This document shows, in pieces, positions 1 to 9,748 of a stretch of DNA of 64,000 nucleotides (positions are counted from its first letter, which is position 1; each line of letters opens with the position of its first letter). The notes under the pieces are model-generated. The model saw only the letters and a list, made by a program, of their open reading frames with translations. It was not told the DNA's origin and ran no database searches. The position numbers and the translations under genes were made by a program. This DNA is from an uncultured delta proteobacterium (GTDB taxonomy: Bacteria > Myxococcota_A > Polyangia > Polyangiales > Houyiibacteriaceae), in the NCBI GenBank assembly GCA_963842915.1, contig CAWJII010000004.1, positions 264,158-328,157 on the forward strand, written 5' to 3'.

Positions 1-1
1 T

Positions 2-493
2 TCGATGCTGATCGAGCTCGTGTTTCTCTGGTGGATGCTAGCGCCGTTCGAGCAGCGCTTCGGGGAGAAGCGCACCATCCAGCTTTGCGCGGTCGCAGTG
101 CTGGCGTCCGCCGTCATGGCGCTCATCGTCGGGATGCTGATTCCGAGCTCGGCTCCGCTGTATGGCGCCCAGGCCATTCTTTGGGCCTCGATCTCGGCAT
201 TCGCATGGTCGTACCGCGGTCAGGGGCGGATGAGTTTCTTCGGCGTCATCGACATGAAGCCCGAGCACATCATCTATCTCATGCTCGGACTGAGTGCCTT
301 GAGGTTCATCACCTCCGGGGACGCAGTCGCGCTCGCAGCGGACATCGGGGCTCTCGGCAGCGGCATCGCCTTCATCGAGTGGCTGCGGCGGCCGCCGAGC
401 GGCCGGCGGCGCCGGTTGAAGCGGCGCAAAAAGAAGAACCCCTTGGATGTGGTGCAGGGTGGTCGCGCCGACGAGCCGCGCTGGCTAAACTAA
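2..493 (+). CDS. Rhomboid-family membrane protein, 5'-truncated by the window edge; catalytic residues appear substituted
   Basis: Frame is open to the left edge. Multi-TM sequence aligns by eye to the rhomboid core: FEQRFGEKR loop, LYGAQAILW where GxSG is expected, AADIGALGSG where AHxGG is expected. Basic C-terminal tail. Confidence 0.5.
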   Translation, partial: SMLIELVFLWWMLAPFEQRFGEKRTIQLCAVAVLASAVMALIVGMLIPSSAPLYGAQAILWASISAFAWSYRGQGRMSFFGVIDMKPEHIIYLMLGLSALRFITSGDAVALAADIGALGSGIAFIEWLRRPPSGRRRRLKRRKKKNPLDVVQGGRADEPRWLN

Positions 494-497
494 GGCG

Positions 498-953
498 ATG
501 TTTCGTTCCGCTCACGAGCTAGTGCCGGTTCTCGCCGTGCTGCTGTTCGCGACGCTAGTCGGCTGCTCGAGCCCAACGCAGGTTCTCATCCCGGTTTACG
601 ACGCCTGCCTGACCGTCGACGACTGCGTGGCGACGGCAACGCTGTGCGAGGAGCTCCGGGTGGAGTTCGGCGGTTTCGACTACGTCAATTCGGTCTGCAC
701 GCTTCACTGTCAGGCCGAAGGCCCGCTCTCCGACGATTGCCCAAGAGCCTATGTCGGACTCTTCGGCAGCTGTTACCCCTCGAGCCTCGCCGGCGGCGTC
801 GACGACGCCTTGATTTGTTTCGACCCCTGCTTCGTCGACGATGATTGCCAGCTGGGTTTCCGCTGCCTCGGCGCAGACGGCCTGTGTGGATCCGGCCTCG
901 GAACCTGTCCCATCGACCAGAACGACGCGATTTGCGTACCGGGGCCGGAGTGA
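498..953 (+). CDS. Cys-rich secreted lipoprotein (hypothetical)
   Basis: Signal peptide with lipobox LVGC; about 14 Cys in the mature part with DDC/CxxxC spacing; high third-position GC. Confidence 0.6.
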   Translation: MFRSAHELVPVLAVLLFATLVGCSSPTQVLIPVYDACLTVDDCVATATLCEELRVEFGGFDYVNSVCTLHCQAEGPLSDDCPRAYVGLFGSCYPSSLAGGVDDALICFDPCFVDDDCQLGFRCLGADGLCGSGLGTCPIDQNDAICVPGPE

Positions 954-996
954 CGCTTTTGAGGCTCCGCCCCCGAGCGCGTGCTAATCCATTCGC

Positions 997-2760
997 ATGA
1001 AGCTGTGCCGATCGCAGCGCTGGGCTGCCGTCCAGCTCATGTCTATCGCCGGAGGGATTCTTCTAGGGGGGCTCGCTGGGGGTTGCTCCGGCCGCAAGCA
1101 GGTTCCCTTCGGCCTGCAGGATGCAGGCCAGGACTCGAGCGCGCCCGCGGCAGACGTCGGGGAGCAAGCAGCAGCCCTGCCGGTCGGCGAGACCTTCGGG
1201 CCGGACCAGGTTGAAGTTCGCGTCGCCGACTCGACGCTGGTTCTGCAGACGGGCTATGCGCTGTCGGCGCTGCAACTCGATCTCGATGGAGCTGAGCCGA
1301 TAGACGCTCTGGTCGTCTCGGCGGACCCGCAGGAGGTTCGGCTCCAGGCAGCCTACCCACGGGGCCTCGATGTTTCTGCGAGGCTCATCGATTCGTTCCT
1401 CGTGCCTGCTCATTGCGTCGAACCGACCGCGGAGGTCCGGCAGATCTCCAGCTCACTGGCTGGTGTTCGTGTCGAACACAGTTGCGAGACCGGAAAGCGA
1501 ACGAACTTGTGGCTGGTCACGATCGAGGCCCAGCCGCGCGTTCGGGAGCGGATCACCGTCTTGCCACCGAATGAGCAATCGAGCGCAGCCATCGAAATCG
1601 AGCTTGCGGTCGAAGATCGCGATACCGACGGCTATGACGATGTCGTGGCGAACCTGCGCATCGGTGAAACCGACATCCCCTTGGCATGGCTGAACCGGCC
1701 GGGTGGCTTCGCGAGAGATGTTTCGCAACCGGAGGCAAGCCTCAAAGGCCTGGCGGACGGCGCCTGGGAGTCTTTCAGCTCGAATCCCGGCAGCGCCAAC
1801 GGTCGCGCGCTCGAGGTGCTCGGTGCCTTCGTTGCCCTGTGCCGCGAAAGCGGAGCGGCCCGAGTTGGGCTGATGGGGACTCAGGGCTTGCAATGCCAGC
1901 AGTCACCGGCCACGGCGCGCGCGGCTTCGGTCGCCATGGCCGCAGCAATTCGCCAGGGGAAGTTCGTTCGAGCGCTGGAGCTCCAGCGCTGGTGGCAGAA
2001 CTCGGCGATCCAACCCAGCCCCGAGGAACGTAGTCTCGTCCAGGCCGCTTGGCGCAAGGCGAAGGCCAATGCTGTCGCGACCTGGCGTCTGGTCGACAAC
2101 GAGAGCGGCTGGGCCTCGCTCTACTTCCAGGACGACGACAGCCTCGTCATCGACGGCCGGGCCCCTCGCCAGGTACAACTGAGCACCGGCTCCAAAACGC
2201 GGCTTTCCGAAGCGGAGATCGCGCCAGCAATTCGCGATCCGAGCGGTCGCTTCGCCGTTCGGGCGGTGCGCGCGACCTGCGCGGGCTTCGAAGCCGAGAT
2301 CGGTCCGATTCGCGGCAAGCAGAGCCATCGCGTTCCGATTGAGAAGCGCAGCGCCAATGCCCCCTGCAAGACTCCAATCGATCGGCCAGCGACGGCGTTC
2401 GAGTGGGCGGTGCTCGGCTGGGCCCCGCAGGGACTGGTTGCGGCCTCGGGCGACTTGCTCCGCGTCGTGCCCGTCAACGAGCTCGGGAAGCCGGCGGGTC
2501 GCCCGATCGACCTGGACACCACGAGCCCCCTGCCAGCGCCGATCCATGGCGCCCGAATCACCGCCGACGGAGCGCGCTACGTGATTCCTCACGCGGAGGG
2601 AGTCGTCGTGAGAGATTGGCGAGAAGGCGGTTCGGGGCTCTGGCTCCGACCCGGTGACTGGGACGCTGTCCAAGGGGAGCTCCGGAGCATCGCCATTAGT
2701 CCGAACGGTCGAAAGATCGCCCTACAAAAAGGCAGCGAGATCCGGCTTCTCAGCTGGTAG
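997..2760 (+). CDS. Hypothetical lipoprotein with C-terminal TolB/WD40-like repeat signature
   Basis: Lipobox LAGGC near the N-terminus; C-terminal SPNGRKIA-type beta-propeller blade motif; long ORF with coding-like composition. Confidence 0.6.
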   Translation: MKLCRSQRWAAVQLMSIAGGILLGGLAGGCSGRKQVPFGLQDAGQDSSAPAADVGEQAAALPVGETFGPDQVEVRVADSTLVLQTGYALSALQLDLDGAEPIDALVVSADPQEVRLQAAYPRGLDVSARLIDSFLVPAHCVEPTAEVRQISSSLAGVRVEHSCETGKRTNLWLVTIEAQPRVRERITVLPPNEQSSAAIEIELAVEDRDTDGYDDVVANLRIGETDIPLAWLNRPGGFARDVSQPEASLKGLADGAWESFSSNPGSANGRALEVLGAFVALCRESGAARVGLMGTQGLQCQQSPATARAASVAMAAAIRQGKFVRALELQRWWQNSAIQPSPEERSLVQAAWRKAKANAVATWRLVDNESGWASLYFQDDDSLVIDGRAPRQVQLSTGSKTRLSEAEIAPAIRDPSGRFAVRAVRATCAGFEAEIGPIRGKQSHRVPIEKRSANAPCKTPIDRPATAFEWAVLGWAPQGLVAASGDLLRVVPVNELGKPAGRPIDLDTTSPLPAPIHGARITADGARYVIPHAEGVVVRDWREGGSGLWLRPGDWDAVQGELRSIAISPNGRKIALQKGSEIRLLSW

Positions 2761-2772
2761 TCAGTCGCGACT

Positions 2773-4050
2773 GTGACGATGGATCCCCGATGGTATAGTC
2801 CGGGCGCATTGCGCTACAGCCCGCAACTCCTGTTGGCACTGCTCGTGCTCTTGATGGTCGCCGCCTGTAGCGGTGCCCGTTCGCGTCCGTCTACGCCCTG
2901 CATGTCGGACTCGGAGTGCCGGGCCGATCGAATCTGCCACGAGGGGAAGTGCCGCTTCGTCGAAGAGGTGCTGGCCGAGCTTGCGATGCCGCCGGTCGCG
3001 CCGGACCGGACAGAGCCGCGCGTGGCGCCGCGAAGCGCCAACGGCTTCATGGGGGACGCGGCACACACGGGGCGCAGCGAGAACCGCGGGCCATCTTCGA
3101 ACCCCTCCCCGGCGTGGACCTACCAAACCGGAGCCCGGGTGTTTGCGTCGCCGATCGTCGGAAACGACGGCACCGTCTACGTGGGCTCGCTGGACGGGCA
3201 GTTCGTCGCCTTGAATCCCGACGGTTCGCTGAAGTGGCGCTACTCGGCCGGGCAGAAGATCTACCCCAGCGCGCTCGTCGCAGGATCATCGATCATCTTC
3301 GGAACACACCAGCAAGAGCTCGTGTCACTTTCGCTTCGGGGACAGCCCCGATGGAAGCTACCGCTTCAGGATGTCGTGGACGCGTCCGCCACCTTGGGCC
3401 CCGACGGACGCGTCTACGTCGTGGCCAATGGCGCCTATGCTGTCGATCTCCTGGGCCGGCTGCACTGGCACAAGCCGACCGCTGACCACGTTCGAAGCGC
3501 ACCGGTGATCCACCCATCCGGTCTGGTGGTCATCGGCACCACCGAAGGCTCCCTCATGGCGCTCCGGCCCGACGGCTCTCTTGCCTGGTCGGTCCAGCTC
3601 CGCGGCGCGATCGAGGGTGCGGCATCGGTCGACGACGATGGTCGAATCTACGCGGGCACGGTGCGCGGGCAGGTCGTCCAGGTCGATCCGGCAGGGAAGA
3701 TTCTTTGGAGATTCAAGACCGGCGATGAGGTACGGGCGACCCCAGCCATCGCGCGAGATGGCACCGTCGTCGTCGGCTCGTATGATGGGAACGTCTATGC
3801 CATAGACCCCTCGGGTGACCTCCGCTGGAAGGTCGCCACCGGAGGTCGAGTACGCGCCTCAGCCCGAATCGATGCGGATGGTCGCATCTACGTGGGCTCC
3901 CAAGACAACTTCCTCTACTGCATCGACCCCAGCGGTTCTGTGCTCTGGCGATACAACGTCGGCCAGGACGTCGACTCGACAGTGGAGATTGGATCCGACG
4001 GAACATTGTATTTCGGATCCGACGACGGCGGGGTTCACGCCCTGCGATAG
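2773..4050 (+). CDS. PQQ-like beta-propeller repeat lipoprotein (BamB-like fold)
   Basis: Lipobox VAACSG; Cys knot CMSDSECRADRICHEGKC; about 8 repeats of DG(T/R)(V/I)YVGSxDGxxxAxxPxGxxxW. Confidence 0.8.
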   Translation: MTMDPRWYSPGALRYSPQLLLALLVLLMVAACSGARSRPSTPCMSDSECRADRICHEGKCRFVEEVLAELAMPPVAPDRTEPRVAPRSANGFMGDAAHTGRSENRGPSSNPSPAWTYQTGARVFASPIVGNDGTVYVGSLDGQFVALNPDGSLKWRYSAGQKIYPSALVAGSSIIFGTHQQELVSLSLRGQPRWKLPLQDVVDASATLGPDGRVYVVANGAYAVDLLGRLHWHKPTADHVRSAPVIHPSGLVVIGTTEGSLMALRPDGSLAWSVQLRGAIEGAASVDDDGRIYAGTVRGQVVQVDPAGKILWRFKTGDEVRATPAIARDGTVVVGSYDGNVYAIDPSGDLRWKVATGGRVRASARIDADGRIYVGSQDNFLYCIDPSGSVLWRYNVGQDVDSTVEIGSDGTLYFGSDDGGVHALR

Positions 4051-4055
4051 AAATA

Positions 4056-6464
4056 ATGAACGAAGATATTCCTGAAAAGAACGAGATCCTGCAGGTTCTG
4101 CAGACACACGCTCCTCGTGCCATGCACGTCGGAGAGCTTTGCGGACGGCTCGATGTTCCGCGCAGTGCCAAAGACGAAGTCGTCCGGCGCCTCCTGTTGC
4201 TTGCTGACGAGAATCTAGTCACGGAGTTGCCAGGCCTGCGTTTCCGAGCGCTCGCCGCCTCCAAGAACGAGAAACGAGGGCGCGAGCAGGTCAAGGCCGG
4301 CCGCGGCCGCGGTCGCAAGGCCAAAGAGCGAGAGCTGGTGGCCCCGACGGTCACCCCTCCGATCGAAGGCCGTCTGACGATGACCCGCCAAGGCTACGGC
4401 TTCGTCAAGGTGTACGACGGAAGCGCCGATGTGTTCATCCCGCCGGATGCGGTGGGTCCAGCACTGCACGGCGACACCGTCCAGCTCCGAGCGAAGCCAT
4501 CGGCCAAGGGCCGCGACGGGCACATCGTCGGGATCGTGGAGCGGCGACTGAAGGAAGTGACTGGAACTTTGCATCCGCGAGGCCGCGGAATGAGCTTCGA
4601 GCCCGACGACGACCGACTTCCCTCGCCGATGCGCGTGGTCGGTGAAGTCCCGAAGTCCGTCCGAAAAGGCGACGTGACTCTAGCGGAGATCGTGACCTTC
4701 CCCCAGAGGCGCGAGGATAGACCCGAAGTTCGCGTCCTGGAGGTGCTCGGCGCCCAGGGCGTAGCGCGAATCGAAGTCGAGAAAATCAAGATCCGCGACG
4801 GCATCCGGGAAACGTTTCCCGATGACGTCGAGCTGGAAGCGGCCGCCCTCCCCGCCCGTGTGGATCGTGACGTCGCAAACCGTCGTGAAGACTTGCGGGA
4901 CGTCGACTTGGTGACGATCGATCCGGAGACGGCACGAGACCACGACGACGCAATCTGGGTCGAGCGCAAAGGCAAAGGCTTTCATCTCATCGTCGCGATT
5001 GCGGACGTGTCTCATTACGTTCCGGAAGGCAGTGCAATGGACCGCGAAGCGGTTAGCCGCGGGAACAGCGTGTACCTTCCCGATCGCGCGATTCCGATGC
5101 TCCCTCCGGAGCTTTCGACCAACCTTGCGTCTCTCGTGCCGAATCGCGACCGACTCTGCATGGCGGTCGACATGCACATCGACGACAAGGGGCAGGTCAC
5201 CTCGCACCGTATCTTCGAAGCGGTCATGCGGTCGCACGGCAAGCTCTACTACGAGGGTGTCGCGCGTGCTCTCGGGCTCACCAAGAGCGGCCCTCACCAG
5301 CCGTCCGCGGAGAAACGAATCGGGACCTTGAAGATCCTCCTCGACCTTTCTCAGCGTCTTCGCGCGCGACGCTTGAAACGCGGCGCTCTGGATTTCGACC
5401 TCCCAGAAGGCAAGATCGTCCTGGACGAACACGGAGAGCCCAAAGAGATCGTCCAGTCTCGCAAGGACCCGGGGATTCGGCAGGCCTACCGCATCGTCGA
5501 AGACATGATGTTGGTGACCAACGAAACCGTCGCTGCGCACATCAAGCGCCACGCTGCGCCCGGCGTCTTCCGTGTCCACGGGAAACCCGACCCGGAACGC
5601 ATCTCGATGTTCTGCCAAGTGGCGAAGTCGTTCGGATACGAGCTCGAAGAGGAGTCCGCGTCGACGCCGAAGCAGCTCAGCCAGTTCCTACGCCGAATCG
5701 AAGGGACCAACGAGGCATCACTGCTCCGGTATCTGCTCCTGCGGGCCATGCAGCAAGCGATCTACGACACCGACCCGACGACCGGGCACTTTGCGCTCGC
5801 GGCGAAGGACTACCTGCACTTCACCTCTCCGATTCGACGCTATCCGGATCTGATGGTGCATCGAGTCCTCCGAAGCATGATTCGCAAGGAGAGTCTCGAT
5901 GCGGCGGCGCTTCGACCGCGCCTGCAACGCCTCGCTGCGAAGGCCAGTGAATCCGAGCGGCGCGCCATGATCGTGGAGCGCGACGTGATGGACGTCTACC
6001 GAACGATCTACATGCAGGATCACATCGGAGACGAGTTCGACGGACGCATCTCGGGTTTCGCCCCGTTCGGGATCTACATTCAACTCGAAGACCCATTCGT
6101 CAGCGTCTTGCTGCCGTTCGAGCAGCTCGAAGACCGGTACGAGCCCGACGAGCTAGGCATCCGCTTGATCGGGGCACGCACCTCGAAGATCTTCACCATG
6201 AACGATCCTGTTCGGGTGCGGATTGAGGACGCAAACGTGCAGGCCCGAGACGTCGTCGGCTCGCTATTGGGGCATCAGCCCGCGGAGGCGCCGACAGAGG
6301 TGCAAAGAAGGCAGGGGCGCGCACCGCAGCAGCGCCGCGGCCCACAGAAGCAAGGACGAGCCGAACCAGCCCAGAAGCGCAGCTCGCCCAAGGGGCGGCG
6401 AGGCCCCCAGAAAGAACGGGGCGAGGAGCCGCGAAAACGACCTCGGCGCGCTCGCCGTAAGTGA
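4056..6464 (+). CDS. rnr: Ribonuclease R (RNase II/VacB family 3'-5' exoribonuclease)
   Basis: Cold-shock-like N-terminal domains; RNB catalytic region (DPETARDHDDAIWV, YLPDRAIPMLP, HFTSPIRRYPDLMVHR); S1 domain; Lys/Arg-rich tail. Confidence 0.92.
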   Translation: MNEDIPEKNEILQVLQTHAPRAMHVGELCGRLDVPRSAKDEVVRRLLLLADENLVTELPGLRFRALAASKNEKRGREQVKAGRGRGRKAKERELVAPTVTPPIEGRLTMTRQGYGFVKVYDGSADVFIPPDAVGPALHGDTVQLRAKPSAKGRDGHIVGIVERRLKEVTGTLHPRGRGMSFEPDDDRLPSPMRVVGEVPKSVRKGDVTLAEIVTFPQRREDRPEVRVLEVLGAQGVARIEVEKIKIRDGIRETFPDDVELEAAALPARVDRDVANRREDLRDVDLVTIDPETARDHDDAIWVERKGKGFHLIVAIADVSHYVPEGSAMDREAVSRGNSVYLPDRAIPMLPPELSTNLASLVPNRDRLCMAVDMHIDDKGQVTSHRIFEAVMRSHGKLYYEGVARALGLTKSGPHQPSAEKRIGTLKILLDLSQRLRARRLKRGALDFDLPEGKIVLDEHGEPKEIVQSRKDPGIRQAYRIVEDMMLVTNETVAAHIKRHAAPGVFRVHGKPDPERISMFCQVAKSFGYELEEESASTPKQLSQFLRRIEGTNEASLLRYLLLRAMQQAIYDTDPTTGHFALAAKDYLHFTSPIRRYPDLMVHRVLRSMIRKESLDAAALRPRLQRLAAKASESERRAMIVERDVMDVYRTIYMQDHIGDEFDGRISGFAPFGIYIQLEDPFVSVLLPFEQLEDRYEPDELGIRLIGARTSKIFTMNDPVRVRIEDANVQARDVVGSLLGHQPAEAPTEVQRRQGRAPQQRRGPQKQGRAEPAQKRSSPKGRRGPQKERGEEPRKRPRRARRK

Positions 6465-7795
6465 TCGTGCGCAGGCAGCGAACAAGCGTCGGAACAGCAG
6501 AGCTGATCGTTCGCAAGCGAAGCGGCGGGAAGCTCGAGAAGCTCGAGATTCAAGAGTTGATCTCCGGCTTCATGGATGGCTCAGTTGCCGACTACCAAAT
6601 GAGCGCGCTGGCGATGGCCGTCTACTTCCAGGGCATGGATTTCGACGAAACGGTCGCCATGACCCTCGCCATGCGGGACAGCGGCAGGGTTCTGAGCCTC
6701 GACGAGCTCGATGCCCCGAAGGTCGACAAGCATTCTACTGGAGGAGTCGGAGACAAGGTCAGCATCTGCCTCGCTCCCATCGTGGCAGCCTGCGGTGTGG
6801 CCGTACCGATGATGAGTGGGCGCGGGCTTGGTCACACCGGAGGCACACTCGACAAGCTCGAAGCGATCCCGGGGTTCCGCGTCGATCTCAGCGTGCGACA
6901 GTTCCGAACACAACTCCGCAAGATCGGCTGCGCGCTCATCGGGCAGACAGGTGACCTCGCACCGGCCGACAAACGACTCTACGCGCTTCGGGACGTTACC
7001 GGGACGGTCGAGTCGATCCCGCTGATCACCTCGAGCATTCTGTCCAAGAAGCTTGCCGAAGGGATCGACGCGCTGGTCTTGGACGTCAAGGTGGGCAGAG
7101 GCGCGTTCATGAAGACCGAGTCGGATGCCAGAGAGCTCGCTCAGTCACTGGTGCGGGTCGGAACGCTTGCTGGCAAACGGGTCTCCGCGCTGCTGACCGA
7201 CATGAACAGCCCCATTGGATACACGATCGGGAACGGGCTCGAAACCGCCGAGGCACTCGAAATTCTCCATGGCGAAGGGCCGGACGACTTGCGGGAGCTC
7301 AGTTACGAGCTGGCCGTCGAAATGCTGAGGGCAGCGGGCGTCGCGAAGACCAAGAGCCAGGCGCGACGACGCGTCGAGCTGCGGGTGAAGGACGGGAGCG
7401 CGCTCGAGAAGATGCGGCAAGTCGTCGAGGCCCAGGGGGGTGATCCTCGTGTGGTGGACTCGCCGGATCAACTGGCCTTGGCGCGCCACCGGTCGACGAT
7501 TCGCGCCACGAAGGATGGCTACGTCACCGGCATCGATCCCCTGGAGCTCGGGTATGCCTCGATGGGACTGGGCGCAGGCCGCAGCCGCGCGGAGGATGCC
7601 GTGGATTGGGGAGCGGGAATTCGCCTGCACGTCCAGCTCGGCGATCGGGTCCGCTCGGGCGACGCGCTCGCCACCTTATATGCGTCGCGGCCCGCGCTGC
7701 TGGGTCCGGGCAAAGACCGTGCAGCTCTCGCTATTCGACTCGCAAAGCGACGCCCTCCGGCCCGCGGACGCGTCATCGCAACGATTCGCCGTTGA
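6461..7795 (+). CDS. deoA: Thymidine / pyrimidine-nucleoside phosphorylase
   Basis: KHSTGGVGDK phosphate-binding motif, SGRGLGHTGGTLDKLE, LYALRDVT. GTG start overlaps the rnr stop (GTGA); exact start is uncertain. Confidence 0.9.
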   Translation: MIVRRQRTSVGTAELIVRKRSGGKLEKLEIQELISGFMDGSVADYQMSALAMAVYFQGMDFDETVAMTLAMRDSGRVLSLDELDAPKVDKHSTGGVGDKVSICLAPIVAACGVAVPMMSGRGLGHTGGTLDKLEAIPGFRVDLSVRQFRTQLRKIGCALIGQTGDLAPADKRLYALRDVTGTVESIPLITSSILSKKLAEGIDALVLDVKVGRGAFMKTESDARELAQSLVRVGTLAGKRVSALLTDMNSPIGYTIGNGLETAEALEILHGEGPDDLRELSYELAVEMLRAAGVAKTKSQARRRVELRVKDGSALEKMRQVVEAQGGDPRVVDSPDQLALARHRSTIRATKDGYVTGIDPLELGYASMGLGAGRSRAEDAVDWGAGIRLHVQLGDRVRSGDALATLYASRPALLGPGKDRAALAIRLAKRRPPARGRVIATIRR

Positions 7796-9158
7796 TCAAG
7801 CAGCCGTCATCCGCGGGCAAGGTGATTTGCGCGCGGAGCTCACGGTACCCCGGCGAATCTACGTAGCTCGTGTCGGGGAAATTGGAGCCCGCGGCATAGC
7901 GTACGCCAAGCTCTCGAATGAAGTCGGTGCCGCTTGCCTCGTCCAGAGCAGCAAGGACGCGCGACGCGCGTACTGGATGCGTCTCTTTGTCCCAGTCGGA
8001 CTGTGCGTCGCTGATCGCCAGCAGAAGCGTGCTCTTCCCACCAGTGGCGCGCCGAATCCTGACGTCGGTTTCCAGCGCAAACGCCACCCCTGCCCAGTAC
8101 ACGCGCTGATAGGCTTGGGTCCGATTCATGCTGCGGCTCTCGTCGGCCAATGAGCGACCGGTACCCGAATGCCGGCCGCGTTCGAAACCTTCGCGGATAC
8201 GCTTCCAAGCCCGCACGCCGCTCTGCAGGCCGCATCGCGCCCGCAGAACCTCTTGTAAGTACGTCGCTATTCCTTCGGATAGCCAGCGGTCTTGCACCCG
8301 CACGCGGGGAAGCCACAGATGCGAGAGCTCGTGAACTGCGACCCAATCCGATTCGAGCTCAGCCGCGTTGCTGTCCAACGAGGGAAGGAGAAGAATCGAC
8401 GAGCCGCCACCTCTGCGCAGCATCCCGAACGCGACCTGCTCACCCGGTGCATCTACCGGAACGATCACGAACTGCACATGATCGCGAGGGAATCGACCGC
8501 CGACGGACGCGCTGGTCTGGACGGCGCGAGAGAGCCAACGGCGAACGTCGATGTCGACTGGCCATGCGCCGAGACGCGCGACATCAACTTCGGTGTTGGC
8601 CAACGAAAACGCTTGCTGGTCAAACACCCCTAACACTCCGAAGGTCTCGACGAAGAAGGCGCTTCGCTCCGGCAGGTAGGCGCCGTTGGATCGTGACCAG
8701 GGCAACGAGACCTGCCCTTCACCGGGAAGTCGGAAGCGAATCGATGCGCTGAGCTCGCGGGGAAACGGATCGGGGCGCCAGAGCCACTGGGTCTGGGACA
8801 CTATCCTGGCGGATGAATCCCCCAGTCGCGTTGGGCTGCGTTCGAACTGGGCTTCGTACTCGACGCAGGCGGGCGCCGATACCCGACTCGACAGGATTCG
8901 ACCCTCCTTCGTTTCCAAGGGGACGCCGTCGACCCAGGCGCCCCGCAGCCGTGATCCGGCGCTCCCATCCATCGGAACCAAATCCGCCGGGGCCATGCCT
9001 TTGAAGCATGCATGAACTCTCGCAGCGCCAAGGTTGTCAAAGATTGTAACCCGGTAGTGAGCAATCGCACTCGATTGCGGCTCATCTGGAGGGACATCTA
9101 CCCTGTGCGCGCAAGCAACGAGGCAGAGCAGCCCGGCGATTCTTCCAAAGCCCATCAT
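7773..9158 (-). CDS. Gluzincin metallopeptidase lipoprotein (M1/M61-like)
   Basis: Lipobox LVAC; HELSH zinc motif followed by WLSEG (third-ligand Glu context as in the WLNEG of the M1 family). Confidence 0.7.
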   Translation of the reverse strand: MMGFGRIAGLLCLVACAHRVDVPPDEPQSSAIAHYRVTIFDNLGAARVHACFKGMAPADLVPMDGSAGSRLRGAWVDGVPLETKEGRILSSRVSAPACVEYEAQFERSPTRLGDSSARIVSQTQWLWRPDPFPRELSASIRFRLPGEGQVSLPWSRSNGAYLPERSAFFVETFGVLGVFDQQAFSLANTEVDVARLGAWPVDIDVRRWLSRAVQTSASVGGRFPRDHVQFVIVPVDAPGEQVAFGMLRRGGGSSILLLPSLDSNAAELESDWVAVHELSHLWLPRVRVQDRWLSEGIATYLQEVLRARCGLQSGVRAWKRIREGFERGRHSGTGRSLADESRSMNRTQAYQRVYWAGVAFALETDVRIRRATGGKSTLLLAISDAQSDWDKETHPVRASRVLAALDEASGTDFIRELGVRYAAGSNFPDTSYVDSPGYRELRAQITLPADDGCLINGESLR

Positions 9159-9424
9159 GATCTAAGCCGCTAGAATCCATGGGGTATTTGCTCCGGATCG
9201 CCAGTGCAATCGAGGCACGAATCAGACGAAACATCGGGGCGCGACCGACGTAGAGGATATCATGACCCATGCTTCGCTCTCGGATTGCGACCAGGTAGCG
9301 CTTTCGCTAGCGTGGCTGAGCGGGAAGCGGGGAAATGGGATTGGTCCCAGAAGCCGCGTTGCATCGCCGGAGAGCCGTTTGAATGCTCCCGATGCTCTGA
9401 CAAATAAATAGAGGGTAAACAAAC

Positions 9425-9703
9425 ATGAACTCAGCACTCAAGCACACGATCATCGCGATGGCGACCGCGGCACTCAGCGTGACTGCAGGATGCAAGTCGG
9501 ACGATGGTCCGGAAGCTGCCGAAGCTACCACGGGCGCCGAGACTGCTGCGGCCGTCGAAGAAGGTGCTGCGGAAGCTTCCTGTGGCGAAGGTAGCTGCGG
9601 CGAAGGCAGCTGTGGCGGAGCCAAGGACGCTGCGAAAGACGCCACGGGCGATGCTGCGGAAGCCTCCTGTGGCGAAGGCAGCTGCGGCGGCGCTAAGAAG
9701 TAA
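9425..9703 (+). CDS. Candidate RiPP precursor: small lipobox peptide with repeated [EG][AG]SCG motifs (HvfA/bufferin-type metallophore-like)
   Basis: 92 aa; signal/lipobox LSVTAGC; EASCGEGSCGEGSCGG and EASCGEGSCGG blocks (5 motif Cys); GAGGG about 9 nt upstream of the ATG; lies directly upstream of the DUF692 gene. Confidence 0.7.
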   Translation: MNSALKHTIIAMATAALSVTAGCKSDDGPEAAEATTGAETAAAVEEGAAEASCGEGSCGEGSCGGAKDAAKDATGDAAEASCGEGSCGGAKK

Positions 9704-9748
9704 GCGAGCCGGATCGCGCTTCCCTGCAAGGGGCAGCACGATATTTGG

